Source: Candidatus Methylomirabilis limnetica (GTDB lineage: Bacteria; Methylomirabilota; Methylomirabilia; Methylomirabilales; Methylomirabilaceae). From it: a DNA stretch of 32,000 nt. The stretch is taken from the NCBI RefSeq assembly GCF_003044035.1, contig NZ_NVQC01000011.1, positions 29,714-61,713 of the forward strand, in the 5' to 3' direction. The position numbers and the translations under genes are program-made. Positions 31,341 through 32,000 of this stretch are shown one piece after another (the stretch's first letter is position 1; every line of letters begins with the position of its first letter). A model generated the notes under the pieces. The model made no database searches, was not told the origin of the DNA, and saw only the letters and a list, made by a program, of their open reading frames with translations.

Positions 31341-32000
31341 AAGGGACCCACCTAACACGGCAATGATCGAGCAAAAGGAGCCCACTCTGATACGCTCGCT
31401 GTTTCTCGTGTGTTCGAGCAAGACCACACCAGAGACAGGGAGGGAGAGGAGTGCTAGGGATGGATCAGTACGAGCTCATCAGGACGGCCGCTCGGGTGTA
31501 TCAGAAGAGTATTCGTCAGATCGCGCGGGAGACTGGGCATACACGCAAAACGATCCGCAAGGTTCTAGCTGGCTGGGAGCCTAAGTACCGGAGGAGGCAC
31601 GAACCGGCCTCCCGGGTGATGGACTCGGTCGCCGCCATCATCGAGGGCTGGCTCCGCACGGATCAGGAGACCCCCAAGAAGCATCGCCACACGGCGCACC
31701 GGATCTGGACCCGACTGGTCGAAGAGTATGCCTTTCCGGGTGCGGAGTCGACAGTTAGACGATGGGTGCGGGAGCAGAAGGCTCGGCTGGGATGGCCGAC
31801 AGTCACAGCGGTCATCCCCTTAGACCCGGAGCTCGCGCAGGAGGCGGAAGTCGACTGGGGAGCTGCCTGGGTCCGCATGGCAGGAGAGGAGCGGCAGGTC
31901 AAGCTCTTCTGTATGCGATCGCGCTATTCGGGCATGCCCTTTGTGCGGGCCTATCCGTACGAGCGACAGGAGATGTTCTTCGATGGCCACACCCGAGCCT
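31320..32000 (+). mobile_element. IS21-family insertion sequence, left end (continues beyond the window)
   Basis: An istA gene is preceded by a ~140-nt end region with direct repeats AAAGGGACCCAC (31340-31351) and AAAGGAGCCCAC (31374-31385), as in the multi-repeat termini of IS21-family elements. The exact left boundary (about 31317-31325) was not determined. Confidence 0.7.
31460..32000 (+). CDS. istA: IS21-family transposase IstA (3' partial)
   Basis: MDQYELIRTAARVYQKSIRQIARETGHTRKTIRKVLAG (HTH)...HRHTAHRIWTRLVEEY.F.G.ESTVRRWVRE...EAEVDWG...V.LFCMRSRYSG..FVRAYP.ERQE.FFDGH. The frame is open to the window end. Confidence 0.9.
   Translation, partial: MDQYELIRTAARVYQKSIRQIARETGHTRKTIRKVLAGWEPKYRRRHEPASRVMDSVAAIIEGWLRTDQETPKKHRHTAHRIWTRLVEEYAFPGAESTVRRWVREQKARLGWPTVTAVIPLDPELAQEAEVDWGAAWVRMAGEERQVKLFCMRSRYSGMPFVRAYPYERQEMFFDGHTRA

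Overview
GC-rich bacterial chromosomal window made of two very different parts. No rRNA, tRNA or CRISPR was recognised, and no taxonomic claim is possible without a database search.

(1) Positions 1 to about 20.2 kb hold mostly ordinary, tightly packed core genes:
- a partial RsuA/RluB-type pseudouridine synthase;
- an aromatic amino-acid block, pheA-hisC-DAHP synthase-tyrA;
- hflX-pgsA (1-nt overlap) and der;
- a MetE-like protein and a HI0933-type flavoprotein;
- two adjacent ABC-F ATPases (Uup-like and YbiT-like);
- a TrxB-like flavoprotein coupled to an ELM1-family protein;
- a convergent MHS-type MFS transporter.
This part is interrupted by a RAYT/REP relic (8.0-8.2 kb), a small toxin-antitoxin (TA) islet (frameshifted DUF4160 plus DUF2442, then Phd-ParE; 9.7-10.9 kb) and a repeat-filled gap (18.1-18.9 kb).

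(2) Positions 20.9-31.3 kb form an accessory island of short self-contained modules:
- a stand-alone Fic protein;
- RHH-MazF;
- a HigB-relic/HigA pair;
- an MNT relic;
- MntA-HepT;
- RHH-PIN (the only module on the minus strand);
- a HicB/HicA-relic pair;
- a truncated ABC-exporter membrane domain;
- DUF4258 split by an IS256-like element, plus DUF2283;
- an antitoxin plus a MazF-like stub cut by an IS21-family element that runs off the window.

The most unusual signal is the module junctions. Almost every one is occupied by a co-oriented array of a degenerate 7-9 bp tandem repeat: an ACGC core plus a 3-5 nt A-rich spacer. I count 11 arrays and about 77 exact cores by hand, and none before 20.9 kb. 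Several arrays have a conserved leader box. One 3-unit patch sits inside, and frameshifts, the ABC-exporter reading frame. I do not recognise this as attC, CRISPR, REP or any named repeat family.

A second pattern is toxin-side gene decay with intact antitoxin partners. Several of the frameshifts lie in homopolymer runs and need read-level confirmation.
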